Of a DNA stretch of 64,000 nucleotides, positions 41,826 through 53,470 are shown piece by piece. Under the pieces are notes generated by a model. It was not told where the DNA came from and did no database searches. It was given only the letters and a program-made list of their open reading frames with translations. The DNA is from an uncultured Candidatus Rokubacteria bacterium (GTDB taxonomy: Bacteria; Methylomirabilota; Methylomirabilia; Rokubacteriales; CSP1-6), in NCBI GenBank assembly GCA_963747235.1, contig CAVVEU010000039.1, positions 11,879-75,878 of the forward strand. The letters run 5' to 3'. Each line of letters opens with the position of its first letter. Positions within the stretch are counted from its first letter, which is position 1. A program made the position numbers and the translations under genes.

Positions 41826-42710
41826 CTATCGGGCGGCGCCTCGCGGACGGAGGTACGCGAACCAGTACACGGCGCCCACCAGGACCGAGCCGCCGATGAT
41901 GTTCCCGACCGTGACCGGCAGCAGGTTGCGGCCGAGAAAGGCAGTCCACGTGAGCGCCTGCACCTGGGGACCGAGTCCTGGGCGGGCCACGAAATCGGGA
42001 TCGATGGCGGCCACGAACATCGCGTAGGGCACGAAGTACATGTTCGCGATCGAGTGCTCGAAGCCGGCCGCGACGAACGCGGTGATCGGGGGCACGATCG
42101 CGAGGATCCGGTCCGTGGTCGTTCGCGCGCTGTAGGTGAGCCAGACCGCGAGGCACACGAGCGCGTTGCAGAGGATGCCGAGGACCACGGCCTGGAAGAA
42201 GCGGGGCTGGAGCTTGGCGTGGGCGATGGCGATCGCGGCGATGCCGAACGCGCCCTCGCCCCCCCGATGCGTCCCCGCGAGGCACACCGCGAGCGCGGTG
42301 GCGGTCGCGCCGGCGAAGTTGCCCGCGAAGACGACCACCCAGTTGCGCAGCAGGGCCGCGGTGGTCACCCGGCCGCTCGCCCAGGCCATCACGACCAGAT
42401 TGTTTCCGGTGAAGAGCTCCGCGCCGCCCACCACGACCAGGATGAGCCCGAGGCTGAAGGCCGCGCCCGCGAGCATCCGGACCGGCCCCCAGGGGGCCGC
42501 GCCCGCGCCGGCGAGGGCGGTGGTGGCGAACACGCCGCCCAGCGCGATGAAGGCCCCGGCGAGGACCGCGAGCGTGAAGAGGCGGGGAAGATCCAGGGCG
42601 GCCTTGCGGACCCCGATCTCTTCTGCACGCTCCGCCATCTCGGGCGGGAGCAGGGCGTCGAGTCGCGCCGCGGGACTCTCCCCGCGGTTCCCGGACTCCG
42701 GTGCGTTCAT
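41826..42710 (-). CDS. formate/nitrite transporter (FocA/NirC family)
   Basis: [45 protein letters not shown]. Confidence 0.93.
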   Translation of the reverse strand: MNAPESGNRGESPAARLDALLPPEMAERAEEIGVRKAALDLPRLFTLAVLAGAFIALGGVFATTALAGAGAAPWGPVRMLAGAAFSLGLILVVVGGAELFTGNNLVVMAWASGRVTTAALLRNWVVVFAGNFAGATATALAVCLAGTHRGGEGAFGIAAIAIAHAKLQPRFFQAVVLGILCNALVCLAVWLTYSARTTTDRILAIVPPITAFVAAGFEHSIANMYFVPYAMFVAAIDPDFVARPGLGPQVQALTWTAFLGRNLLPVTVGNIIGGSVLVGAVYWFAYLRPRGAAR

Positions 42711-42750
42711 GGGCTGCGGCATCCTGTCCGTGTGTAGCATAATCGGCTCC

Positions 42751-44196
42751 ATGGCGGAGCCGGCGACGAATCAGCCGCAGTCCGCGTTTTCGGTGTTCGA
42801 GGAGGCGTTCGCCCGTGCCGCGGGGACGCCGCTCGTCACCGGCAACGAGGTGCGGCTGCTCCGGGACGCGGGCGAGAACTATCCGGCCTGGCTCGACGCC
42901 ATCGCGGCGGCCCGCCGCACGATCCACTTCGAGAGCTACATCATCCACGACGACGAGACCGGGGAGCAGTTCGCCCGCGCGTTGAAGGCGAAGGCCGCCG
43001 AGGGCGTGCGGGTGCGCCTCATCTACGATTGGCTCGGCGCGGTGGCCAAGACGTCCCGGAGATTCTGGCGTGATCTGCGCGAGGCCGGGATCGAGGTCCG
43101 CTGCTTCAATCCGCCCGGCCTGTCGAGCCCGTTCGCCTGGATCTCCCGCGACCACCGGAAGATGCTGGCGGTGGACGGGCACGTCGCCTTCGTCACCGGG
43201 CTCTGCGTGGGGCGCGCCTGGGTCGGCGATCCGGCCCGCGGCGTCGAGCCCTGGCGCGACACCGGCATCGCGGTCCGTGGCCCCGCGGTCGCGGATCTGG
43301 AATCGGCGTTCGCCCGGATGTGGGCGCTGGCCGGCTCTCCGATCGCGGATGCGGAGCTGCCAACGCGCGAGTCGCTGGCCCCGGCGGGGGACGTCGCGGT
43401 GCGCGTCATCGCGGGCATGCCCGGAACCGCGGAGCTCTATCGGCTGGATCAGCTCATCGCGGCCGCGGCGCGCGAAACCCTCTGGCTCACCGACGCCTAC
43501 TTCGTCGGCACGACCGCCTACGTGCAGTCGCTCCGCGCGGCGGCGCGTGACGGCGTGGACGTGCGCCTGCTGGTGCCCGGCGCGAGCGACATCTGGGTCC
43601 TGCGCGGCCTCTCGCGGGCGGGGTATCGCCCGCTCCTCGAGGGCGGCGTGCGCGTCTACGAGTGGAACGGTCCGATGCTCCACGCCAAGACCGCGGTCGC
43701 GGACGGGCGATGGGCCCGCGTGGGCTCGACGAATCTCAATCTCCAGTCGTGGATCGGCAACTGGGAGCTGGACGTGGCGGTGGAGGACGAGGGCTTCGCC
43801 GCGCCGGATGGAGGACATGTACCTCGACGATCTCGGCCGCGCGACCGAGATCACGCTCACGCGCTGGCGCGCGCGTCGTGCGCACCGCGAAGCCGCCCGG
43901 GCTTCCCAGGCGGCGGCCGGGCAGCGCGGGGCGGGCCGCGGCGGGCGCGGTGAGCATCGGCAGCGCGGTGGGGGCCGCCATGACGGGCCGCCGCGTGCTG
44001 GGCCCGGCCGAGGCCCGGATCATGGGCGGCGGCGGGGGTGGCGCTCCTGGCGCTGGGGCTGGTGGCGCTGCTCTGGCCCCGGGTGATCGCGGTGCCGCTT
44101 GCGGCGCTCGCGATCTGGCTGGCGGTGAGCCTGCTGTTCCGCGCCAGGGCCCTGCGACGCGAGCGGAGCGAGGAGCCGCGGGACACCGAGGGCTGA
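42751..44196 (+). CDS. cardiolipin synthase-like phospholipase D (frameshifts near the 3' end)
   Basis: two HKD motifs ([18 protein letters not shown]), GSTNLN. Confidence 0.85.
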
Positions 44197-44205
44197 GCCG
44201 CGAGA

Positions 44206-46359
44206 TCAGCCCCCCGGGGCTGTCGACCGGGAAGGTCAGCGTGAACGTGCTGCCCTTGCCGACCTCGGAGCGGACGTCCAGCGTCCCGTGGTGATCGTGC
44301 ACGATGCCGTGGCTGATCGACAGACCGAGCCCGGTCCCTTCCGGCTTCGTGGTGAAGAACGGATCGAAGATCTTCGGCAGGAGGCTCGGCGGGAATCCCG
44401 GAGCCGGTATCGCGCACCGCGAGGCGCACCGAGCGGGCGGCGGCCAGATGGCTGGTCTCGATCGTGATCTCGCCGCCCTCGGGCATGGAGCCCCGGGCGT
44501 TGGTGAGCAGGTTGAGCAGCACCTGCCCGATCGCGTTGGCGTCGGCCACGATGGTGGGCATCGTCTCGTCCAGCTTCGTCGTGACCTGGACCCGCGCCCG
44601 GCTCATGTCCTTGCGGACGAGCTGGACGATCTCCTCCGTGACCTGGTTCAGGTTCACGGGGCCGCGGGTGCCGGACGACTGGCGGGCGAAGGACAGGAGC
44701 CCCTGGGTGATCGTGGCCACCCGCCGGGCGTGGCGCAGGATGACCTCGAGGTCCTTCCGCACCTCGTCGGGGAGCCCCACTTCGTCGGCCTCGAGCATCA
44801 TGACCTCGACACGCGAGGTGATGATGCCGATGGGATTGTTGATCTCGTGGGCGATGCCGGCCGACAGGGTGCCCAGCGCGGCCAGCTTGTCGGCCTGGCG
44901 GGCGGCCTTCTGGAACGCCACCCGCTCGCTGATGTCGGTGACGAAGGCGATGGCGCGCACGCCCTCGTCGGTCTCGACGTAGCTCAGGCTCACCTCCACC
45001 GGGAACTCGGTTCCGTCCTTCTTGAGCGCGGCCAGGTCGAGCCCCCGGCCCATCGAGCGGATCCGCGGCGCCGCCATGTAGGTGCCGCGATGGGCGACGT
45101 GCCGCTCGCGGAGCGGGGCCGGGATGAGGGCCTCGACCGGCTGCCCGATCAGCTCGGCCTGCGTGTAGCCGAACATCGCCTCGGCCCTGGCGTTGACCAG
45201 CACGATGCGGCCCGCCGCATCGGTGACCACGATGCTCTCGGTCACGGAGGCGAGGAGCGCCCGGGACGTGGCCTCGCTGCGGCGCAGCGACTCCTCGGCC
45301 ACCCGGCGCGCGGAGACGTCGCGCGCCACGATGGACGCGCCCACCGACCTGGTCGGCGTCGTCGCGGATCGGCGAGATCGTCATGAACACGTGGATCCGC
45401 CGCCCCGACCCCGTCATCTGCTCGGCTTCGATCCGCTCGACCCGCTGCTCCCGCAGGACGCGGGTCAGGCTGGCCGCGACCTCGTCGTTGTGCCGGTCCG
45501 GCCCCAGGATGTCGATCGGCAGGCCGGTGACCTCCTCTCCCCGATGCTCGTAGAGCCGCTCCGCGCCCGCATTCCAGGTGAGCACGCGTCCGTCGGGCCC
45601 CAGCCCGATGATCGCGTCGTCGGACGACTGGACGATCGACGTGAGCAGCGCGCTCGTCTGCTCGTACTCGACCACCTGGCTCCGCAGCGCGTCCCGGGTC
45701 GCCCGGATCTCGCCCGCGCGCCGTCGATACTCGACGAGGACGACCACGAGCAGGCCGAGCGTCACCGCGGCCAGCCCGGCCAGCCCGAGGAACACGCGGT
45801 GAGCCTGCCGCGCATACCGGGTCGATTGCTCGGCCTGGATCTGGCGCTCCTCCGCCTTCATGGTGGCGACGGCGGAGCGAATCTGCTCCATGAGCCGCAG
45901 GCCGCGTCCGGTCAGCAGGCGCTGGACCGCGACGTCGGTACGCCGCTCGCGGCCGAGCTGGACCGTGTCGCGCAGCTCGCCGAGCTTGTCCGTGACGAGC
46001 GGCTCCAGGGTGTCGACGTGCCGCCGCTGGCGCACATTCCCCTCGGTCAAGCCGCGGAGGGTCCGCAGGTGGCTCGCCGCGGAGTCGAACGCGGTGAGAT
46101 ACGGCGCGAGATAGCGCTCGTCGCCGGTCATCAGGAAGCCGCGCTGTCCGGTCTCGGCATCGGTCACCGCCGAGAGGACTCCATCCAGCTCACCGAGGAC
46201 CTGGCCGGTCTGACGGGCCGTCTGGTACTGTTCGGTGAGATCGCGCGCGCCGAGCGCGATGACCGCAATGGCCAGCACGAGGGCGGCGGCCACGGAGAAC
46301 GCAACGCTCGTGCGGTTGTGGAGAAGCCAGGGGAGCACGCCGCTGGGCGGTTGAGCCAT
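44206..46359 (-). CDS. sensor histidine kinase CHASE3-PAS-PAS-HisKA-HATPase (NtrB-like; frameshifts)
   Basis: AETGQRGF (CHASE3), two PAS domains, [27 protein letters not shown]; stop position inferred. Confidence 0.85.
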
Positions 46360-46401
46360 GCCGGCTGCATTGTCGGCCAGGAGCGCGGTGCCTTCAAGGT
46401 C

Positions 46402-46438
46402 TGGGGCGGCGGCGCCTCAGCGGGGCACGGCTGCCGCG
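46402..46438. promoter_or_regulatory. putative enhancer, tandem palindromes
   Basis: TGGGGC-N6-GCCTCA (46402) and CGGGGC-N6-GCCGCG (46421), 89 and 70 bp upstream of a sigma-54 site. Confidence 0.6.
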
Positions 46439-46461
46439 CGAGGCGGCCGGGTCCAGTGCTG

Positions 46462-46474
46462 TAACGGGTTGAAT
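46462..46474 (-). promoter_or_regulatory. IHF-like site
   Basis: ATTCAACCCGTTA, one mismatch to WATCAANNNNTTR; same distance from the promoter as the 29624 site. Confidence 0.6.
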
Positions 46475-46490
46475 GTATGGCAATTCTAGC

Positions 46491-46506
46491 TGGCACCTCG
46501 GTTGCA
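46491..46506 (+). promoter_or_regulatory. sigma-54 promoter
   Basis: TGGCAC-CTCGG-TTGCA. Confidence 0.88.
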
Positions 46507-46530
46507 ATTCTGCCCCGCCAGGAGGCGCAC

Positions 46531-46971
46531 ATGTTCTATCGCATCGTGGTGGCGACGGACTTCTCGGATTGCGCGAAGGACGCGTTGGAACTGGCCAAGC
46601 GGCTCGCGGCGGCCCCGGGTAGCGAGTTGATCCTGACGCATGTGCTGACCGAGGTGCCCCTGTACGGGGAGGGGATCCTCAATATCGAGACCGCGCGCCA
46701 GGTCCGGGACGGCGCCCGCAAGTGGGCGGAGGCTGCTCTGGAGGAACTGGTGAGCAAGGCGCGCGGGGCGGGGCTCGGCGCCCGGGCGGCGATCCGCACG
46801 GGGGTTCCTCATCAGGAGATCGTGGCGCTGGCCGGGGACGAGCGGGCCGACCTCATCGTGATCGGCACCCATGGCCGCGGTGGGATCGCCCGCGCGCTCC
46901 TGGGCAGCGTGGCCGACCGCGTCGTGCGGCTCGCGCCGTGCCCCGTGCTCACGGTTCGCGAGCCGGCTTGA
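46531..46971 (+). CDS. universal stress protein
   Basis: IVVATDFS...IGTHGRGG...GSVADRVVRLAPCPV. Confidence 0.92.
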   Translation: MFYRIVVATDFSDCAKDALELAKRLAAAPGSELILTHVLTEVPLYGEGILNIETARQVRDGARKWAEAALEELVSKARGAGLGARAAIRTGVPHQEIVALAGDERADLIVIGTHGRGGIARALLGSVADRVVRLAPCPVLTVREPA

Positions 46972-46981
46972 GTCGCCGGCG

Positions 46982-47404
46982 ATGCGGACCGAGGTGAAAG
47001 GGGCGGGCGGATCGGTCGGCGACTGGATGAGCAAGGCGCCGATGGCGGTCCGCGAGGACACACCGATCCGGGACGCGGTGTCGCTCATGCAGGGCGCCGA
47101 GGTGCGCCACCTCCTAGTCCGGGACGGCCCGGTGCTGACGGGCATCCTCTCCAGCCGGGACCTGGGGCGTCTCGTCACGCGCGATCTGGGTTCGCCTCTT
47201 CTGGCCGGTCCGGTCGGGTCCATCATGAGCGAGGGCCCGGTGAGCGTGGCGCCCGAGACGCCGCTGGTCACCGCGGCGCGGCTGCTGCTCGAGCAGCGGA
47301 TCGGCGCCCTGCCGGTCCGTGACGGCGAGCGGATCGTCGGGATCTTCACGGTGCCCGACGCGCTCGAGGCGCTCCTCGCGATCGCCGAGGCCTCGGGCGC
47401 GTGA
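46982..47404 (+). CDS. CBS domain-pair protein
   Basis: VRHLLV...GILSSRD...IGALPV. Confidence 0.85.
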   Translation: MRTEVKGAGGSVGDWMSKAPMAVREDTPIRDAVSLMQGAEVRHLLVRDGPVLTGILSSRDLGRLVTRDLGSPLLAGPVGSIMSEGPVSVAPETPLVTAARLLLEQRIGALPVRDGERIVGIFTVPDALEALLAIAEASGA

Positions 47405-49495
47405 GCGGCCGCTCGCTCGCTCCGTTCCTCGATCCCGCCAGCGTGGCGGTGATCGGCGCGTCCCGCGATCCGTTCAAGGTGGGCGGCAGCGTCGTGGCCA
47501 ACCTGCGCTCGGCGGGCTTTCGCGGGCGGATCATCCCGATCAACGCCCGCGCGGACTCGGTGCAGGGCCTGCCCGCGCTGCGCTCGCTCCTCGACGTCGA
47601 GGGCCCGGTGGACCTCGCGGTGATCGCGGTGCCCGCCGCGGACGTCTTGCCCGCGCTCAAGCAGTGCGCGGCCAAGCAGGTCGGGGGCGCGGTGGTGATC
47701 TCGGCCGGCTTCCGGGAGACCGGCGGCGACGGCGTGCGGCGCGAGGCCGAGCTGCGCGAGTGGCTGCGCGACCAGCCGATCCGGGTGCTCGGCCCCAATT
47801 GCCTCGGCTGGATCCGGCCGACCCGCCGGCTCAACGTCACGTTCGCGCCCGGGATGCCCGAGCCGGGCGGCATCGCCTTCATCACCCACTCGGGCGCGCT
47901 GGCGGTGGCGATCCTGGACTGGTCGCGCGACCGCCGGGTCGGCTTCTCGCTCTTCGCCTCGCTCGGCAACCAGGCCGACCTGAACGAGAGCGATCTCCTC
48001 GATGCGGTGGCCGCCGATCCGGAGACCCGGGTGATCGCCTGCTACCTCGAAGGCGTCGCCGACGGCCGGCGCTTCCTCGGCGCCCTTCGCCGCGCGGCCG
48101 CCGTGAAGCCGGTCGTGCTCCTGAAGGCGGGCCGCTCCGCGGAGGGGGCGCGCGCCGTGTCGTCCCATACCGGCGCGCTCGCGGGCTCCGATCGGGCGTT
48201 CGACGCGGCCGTCCGGCAGGCGGGCGCGCTCCGGGTGGACACGGTGGAGGGGCTGTTCGACATCGCGCGCGGCCTGGCCAGCCAGCCGCTGCCGCGCGGC
48301 CGTCGCCTGGTCGTGGTGACCAACGGCGGCGGGCTCGGCATCGTGGCCACCGACGCGGCGCGGGCCGCCGGCCTCACCGTCGCGCCGCTCGACGAGGCCG
48401 TCCGCGCGCGCCTGGCCGAGGGCCTGCCCGCCACCGCGGGGCTCGGCAACCCGGTGGACCTGGTGGGGGACGCCGACGCGCGCCGTTACGGCCACGCGCT
48501 GCACACCCTCGGGAGCGACAGCGCCGACGCGATGCTGGTGCTCCTCACGCCGCAGGCCGCGACCGACGCCGCGAGCATCGCCCGCACGATCGCGGGCGCG
48601 ACGCGCGGCTGGCCCATCCCGGTCGCGGCCGCCTTCGTGGGCGGGACGCGCGTGGCGCCGGGGGTGCGGGTGCTCGAGGAAGCCGGCATCCCGTGCTATG
48701 CCTTCCCCGAGTCGGCGGTCGAGACGCTGGCCGGAATGGCGCGGCTGGCGTCGCGACGGGCCGGCCTGGCCGTGCCCCCCACGCGCACGGTCGACCCGGC
48801 CCGCGCGCGCGTCTGGCTGGCGGGGCTCGGCCCCGTGGCGGGGCGGCAGCTCGGCATGCCGGAGCTGGCTCCGCTGCTCGACGCCTACGGCATCCCGCGG
48901 CTCGCCGCGCGCGTGGCGGCGGGCGCCGCCGACGCCGCGGCCGTCGCGGAGGAGATCGGGTTCCCGGTCGCGCTCAAGATCGTGTCGCCGGACATCACGC
49001 ACAAGACGGAGGTGGGCGGCGTGGCCCTGGGGCTCCGGGACGCTCGCGCCGTGCGCGAAGCCGCCGAGGCCATGCTCCGACGGGTCGCGATCGAGCGGCC
49101 GGCGGCGGCGATCCGGGGGCTCCTGGTCGAGACCATGGCCGCCGCCGGGAAGGAGCTCCTGCTGGGCGGCGTGCGCGACGATCAGTTCGGGCCCCTCGTG
49201 ATGGTCGGGTTCGGCGGGATCTACGTCGAGGTCTTCTCGGATACCACGGCGCGCCTCGCTCCGGTATCCTCGGTCCGAGGCCCTGGCGATGCTCGACGAG
49301 CTCAAGATGGCGCCGCTGCTTCGCGGCACGCGGGGCGAGCCGCCGGTGGATCGTGACGCGCTGGCCGCGGTCGTCGGCCGCTTCTCGCAGCTCCTGGTGG
49401 ATCTCCCCGAGCTGGCGGAGATCGAGATCAACCCCTTGACGGTCGGGCCCTCCGGCGCGGTGGCGGTGGACGCGCGGGCCCGGCTCAGCCGATAG
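47401..49495 (+). CDS. acetate--CoA ligase (ADP-forming) family, fused alpha+beta, no GNAT domain; frameshift near 49275
   Basis: VAVIGAS, LGPNCLG, SHTGAL catalytic His, HKTEVGGV, EIEINPL. Confidence 0.88.
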
Positions 49496-49504
49496 GAGGC
49501 ACGG

Positions 49505-49639
49505 ATGGGCATCCGGAAGAGCATGGGCAAGAACAAGAAGTCGAAGAAGCGGACGGAGGCGGTGGCGGTCAAGCGGGACGAGATCCAGCGCAAGGCGGCG
49601 ATGGACCGCAGCAAGCGCCGCCCGCAGGGGATGAGGTAG
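49505..49639 (+). CDS. 44-aa highly basic protein (not in the ORF track)
   Basis: AGGAGG RBS; MGIRKSMGKNKKSKKRTEAVAVKRDEIQRKAAMDRSKRRPQGMR; fills the intergenic gap. Confidence 0.65.
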   Translation: MGIRKSMGKNKKSKKRTEAVAVKRDEIQRKAAMDRSKRRPQGMR

Positions 49640-49646
49640 CCGCGCG

Positions 49647-50115
49647 GTGGCCGCTCGAGACGGGCTTTCGCCGCGTCGTGCTGGGGATGGACGGGTCCGC
49701 GCACTCCCGGCGGGCGGTGGCCTTCCTGACCCGGATGAAGCCGCCCCGCGGCGGGCGCGTGACGGTCGTCCGCGTCGTCGAGCCGGTGCGGGTGCCGTCG
49801 ATGCCGCTCGTCCCGTCCGGCATGCGGGCGCAGATCGCGGGGCAGGCGGAGGCGGCGAACCGGAGTCTGGCCGCGGGGGCCCGCCGGCAGGTCGAGGCCG
49901 CCGCGGCCACGCTCGCCCGGGCGGGCTGGCGGACGCGCGCGGTCGTGCGCAGCGGCGTGCCGCTGGCCGAGCTGCTCGCGGCGGTGCGCGCGGAGCGGGC
50001 CGACGTGCTCGTGCTGGGCGCGCGGGGCGCCGGCGCGGTGACCCATTTCCTGCTCGGGAGCGTGGCGGAGGCCGCGCTGAAGCAGGCGCCGGTCGAGGTC
50101 CTGATCGTCAAGTGA
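49647..50115 (+). CDS. universal stress protein (start uncertain or frameshifted)
   Basis: VLGMDGS...VLGARG...LLGSVAE. Confidence 0.82.
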
Positions 50116-50140
50116 CGGGCAATCCACGAGGAGATCGAGC

Positions 50141-50710
50141 ATGAGACTGAACGAGATCCTGTTCCCGACCGACTTCTCGCCCGCGTCGGAGGCGGCGGGA
50201 CGCATCGCGCGGGAGATGGCGGTGCAGGCCGGCGCGCGCCTCCACGTGCTCCACGTGGTGCCCCCGGTCACCGATCCGTCGCTGCCCGCCGAGCACCTGG
50301 CGCGGGCCGGCCGCGCGCTGGCCGACGGGCTCCGCGTGGAGACCGCGCTGCTCAGCGGGTGGGCCGGCCGGAACATCGTGGACTACGCGCGCGAGAAGCG
50401 CATCGATCTCATCGTGGTGGGCACCCACGGCCGGACCGGGATCAGCCACGCGATCCTCGGCAGCGTGGCCGAGACGGTGGTGCGCCTGGCGCCCTGCCTC
50501 GTGCTGACCGTGCCCGCCTCGCTCCTCGCGGAGCGGAGCGCGGTCCCCGTCGCGCCGATCGTCGCCGCGGTGTCCCCGCGTCCGTGCCTGGTGTGCGGCA
50601 AGGCGAGCGACGAGCTGATCTGCGAGGGCTGCCGGACCCGCATCCGGGGCGAGGCGCTCGAGCAGAAGCGCGACGCCGAGCGGCCCGGCCACCGGGGGCT
50701 GCCGGTATGA
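50141..50710 (+). CDS. universal stress protein with a C-terminal CxxC-CxxC zinc ribbon
   Basis: USP core, then CLVC...CEGC. Confidence 0.85.
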   Translation: MRLNEILFPTDFSPASEAAGRIAREMAVQAGARLHVLHVVPPVTDPSLPAEHLARAGRALADGLRVETALLSGWAGRNIVDYAREKRIDLIVVGTHGRTGISHAILGSVAETVVRLAPCLVLTVPASLLAERSAVPVAPIVAAVSPRPCLVCGKASDELICEGCRTRIRGEALEQKRDAERPGHRGLPV

Positions 50711-50853
50711 CCGCCCCCGAGCCCCGCGAGAAGGACCGCGCGAACGCGCCGGAGGAGCATCCGAGGGGCGCGCTCGCCTTCATCCTGGTCTACCTGGTCA
50801 TCATCGTGGCGTTCTGGGTCAACACCTACCTGCGGCTCTGGATAAGGGGCTAG
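50707..50853 (+). CDS. ba3-type oxidase small subunit IIa (CbaD-like)
   Basis: EEHPRGALAFILVYLVIIVAFW single TM directly before subunit II. Confidence 0.75.
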   Translation: MTAPEPREKDRANAPEEHPRGALAFILVYLVIIVAFWVNTYLRLWIRG

Positions 50854-50856
50854 GCC

Positions 50857-51345
50857 ATGAAGCAGGGCGCGACCGTGTATCTCTACGAGCTGGCCTGGAT
50901 CCTGCCGAGCATCGCCATCCCGGTCGGCATGCTCGCGGCGCTGCTGGTCACCGCCTTCGGCGCCGGCATCCACGTGCCGAGCGTCGCGGGCCGCATCGAT
51001 CCGACCCGGGTCACCGAGACCGCGCCGTTCGACCAGCCCGGCGTCGTGCAGACCGGGCCGGTGAGCTACGAGGTGCGGATGATCGGGCAGATCTGGGCCT
51101 TCACCCCGAACGAGATCCGCGTGCCGGTGGGCTCGACCGTGACCTTCGTGGCCACCAGCAAGGACGTCATCCACGGCCTCTTCATCCCGGGCGCCAACGT
51201 GAACGTCATGCTGATCCCCGGGCAGATCTCGCGCGTCACCGCGCGGTTCGATCGGGCGGGGGAGTTCTTCATGGCCTGTCACGAGTACTGCGGCATCGCG
51301 CACCACACCATGGGCGGCAAGGTCATCGTGGAGCCCCGGTCATGA
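50857..51345 (+). CDS. cbaB: ba3-type (B-family) cytochrome c oxidase subunit II
   Basis: single TM; CuA ligands DVIHG and CHEYCGIAHHTM. Confidence 0.88.
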   Translation: MKQGATVYLYELAWILPSIAIPVGMLAALLVTAFGAGIHVPSVAGRIDPTRVTETAPFDQPGVVQTGPVSYEVRMIGQIWAFTPNEIRVPVGSTVTFVATSKDVIHGLFIPGANVNVMLIPGQISRVTARFDRAGEFFMACHEYCGIAHHTMGGKVIVEPRS

Positions 51346-52985
51346 GCCAGGACACCGCGAGCGATCCGGAGAAGCGGCTCACCGGCGCGCACATGCTGGT
51401 GGCCAACGTGGCCCTGCTCGGCGGCATCGTGACCGGGCTGCTGCAGGGGCTGGAGCACGCCGGCTTCGAGTTCCCGGCGAGCGAGTACTTCCTGCAGTCC
51501 GTACTACCACAGCGTGAGCATGCACGGCGTCCTCAACGTGCTGGTGTGGACCACCTTCTTCATCGCGGGCTTCCTGCCCTTCATCAGCGCGCGCGCCTAC
51601 GGCATCCCGCTGGCCAGCCCGCGGCTCGGGTGGCTCACCTTCTGGCTGATGCTGGCCGGCCTGCTCATCGCGGCGGTCCCGCTGGCCGGCAACGCGGCGA
51701 CGGTCATGTTCACCTTCTACGCCCCGCTCCAGGCGCACTGGGCCTTCTACGTGGGCCTCACCCTGGTGGTGGTGGGCACGTGGCTCATCACGCTGCGCCT
51801 GGCGCTGAGCCAGCGGGCGTGGCGCGCCGGGCATCCCGACGCGCGCACGCCGCTGGCCGCGTTCATGTCGCTGGTGACGATGGCGATGTGGACGCTCGCC
51901 TCGATCGGGCTGGCCGCCTCGATGCTCTTCATGCTGATCCCGTGGTCGCTCGGGCTCGTGGCGGGGACCGACCCGCTGCTCACGCGCACGCTCTTCTGGC
52001 TCACCGGCCATCCCATCGTCTACTTCTGGCTGCTCCCCGCGTACGTCTCCTGGTACACGCTGGTGCCGCGGCAGGCGGGCGGCCGGCTCTTCAGCGATCC
52101 GATGGCGCGGGGCTCCTTCCTGCTCTTCCTGATCCTCTCCGCGCCGCTCGGTCTTCACCATCAGGTGACCGACCCCGGCATCCACGAGGGCTGGAAGCTC
52201 TTCCAGGCGTTCCTCACCTTCGCGGTGTTCTTCCCGAGCCTGCTCACGTTCTTCAACGTGGTCGCCTCGCTCGAGGGCGCCGGGCGGGCGCGCGGCGGGA
52301 AGGGGCTGGCCGCGTGGTTCTTCCGGCTGCCGTGGGGCGACCCGTCGCTGGCCGCCCAGCTCCTCGCGATGCTGATGTTCTGCGCGGGCGGCATCGGCGG
52401 GCTGATCAACGCCTCGTACAACATGAACCTGGTCGTGCACAACACCACCTACGTGGTGGGGCACTTCCACACCACGGTGGGCACCGCGGTCACGCTCACC
52501 TACATGGGGATCAGCTACTGGCTGGTTCCGCACCTGGCGGGCCGGGCGCTCTGGAGCGCCCGCATGGCGCTGGCCCAGGCCTGGATGTGGTTCGTCGGGA
52601 TGCTGATCTTCTCCACCGCGCTGCACGAGCTGGGGCTCCGGGGCATGCCGCGGCGGACCATGATCAGCCAGGCCTCGTACTTCCAGCCGGAATGGAGCGC
52701 GCTGCTGCCCTGGGTCGGGGTGGGCGGCACGCTGCTCTTCGTCAGCGGCATCCTCTATCTGCTTGAACCTGTTCCTGACCGTGACGGTCTCCCGCGCGCC
52801 CGCGCCGGCGGTGCCGGAGTTCGCGCGCGTCCTCGTCGCCGCCCGAGGACGGACCGGCCATTCTCAACCGCCTGCGCCCGTGGGTGATCACGGCGGTGGT
52901 CTTCCTCGTCGTCGCCTACGGGCCGACCCTGGCGCGGCTGGTCGCCACGAGCCGGCTCAACGCGCCGGGCTTCCGGGTGTGGTAG
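51342..52985 (+). CDS. cbaA: ba3-type (B-family) cytochrome c oxidase subunit I (frameshifts)
   Basis: HGVLN, FWLTGHPIVYFWLLPAY, GLHHQ, VHNT, GHFH, GMPRR. Confidence 0.9.
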
Positions 52986-53008
52986 AGCCAACGGAAAGGA
53001 GCACGCTC

Positions 53009-53460
53009 ATGAAAGTCGGCGAGCTGATGACGGGCACCAACCTGATCACCGCGCGTCCGGGCACTCCGGTGCTGGAGGCGCGCCAGACGATGCTCAAGGC
53101 GAAGATCCGCCACCTGCTGGTCACCGAGGCCGACGGCCTGCTGGTCGGCATCGTGACCGACCGCGACATCCGGCTGAACCTGCCGTCCCAGGCCACGAGC
53201 CTCTCGGTGTGGGAGATCAACCACCTCCTGACCAAGCTCACGGTGGGCGAGGTCATGACCCGCGCGGTCATCACGATCGGGCCGGACCGCGAGGCGCGGG
53301 ACGCGGCGGTGCTGATGCTGGATCACGCGATCGGCGCGCTGCCCGTGACGGACGGCGGCCGGCTGATCGGCATCGTCACCGAGGCCGACATCCTGCGCGG
53401 ATTCGTGTGGCTCACGGGTGGCCCGGCGGCGGCCAAGCCGCGTCCCGAGGGAGAGCCTGA
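53009..53460 (+). CDS. CBS domain-pair protein (AcuB-like); end uncertain, reads in frame into nrfH
   Basis: IRHLLV...GIVTDRDIR..LPS.ATSLS.WEI; AAGGAG RBS. Confidence 0.8.
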
Positions 53461-53470
53461 TCCGCGCGCG

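Noticed and set aside
47401-49495. Protein lysine acetyltransferase (Pat/PatZ)
   Set aside because: There is no GNAT domain and the catalytic His (SHTG) is retained, so an ADP-forming acyl-CoA ligase fits better.
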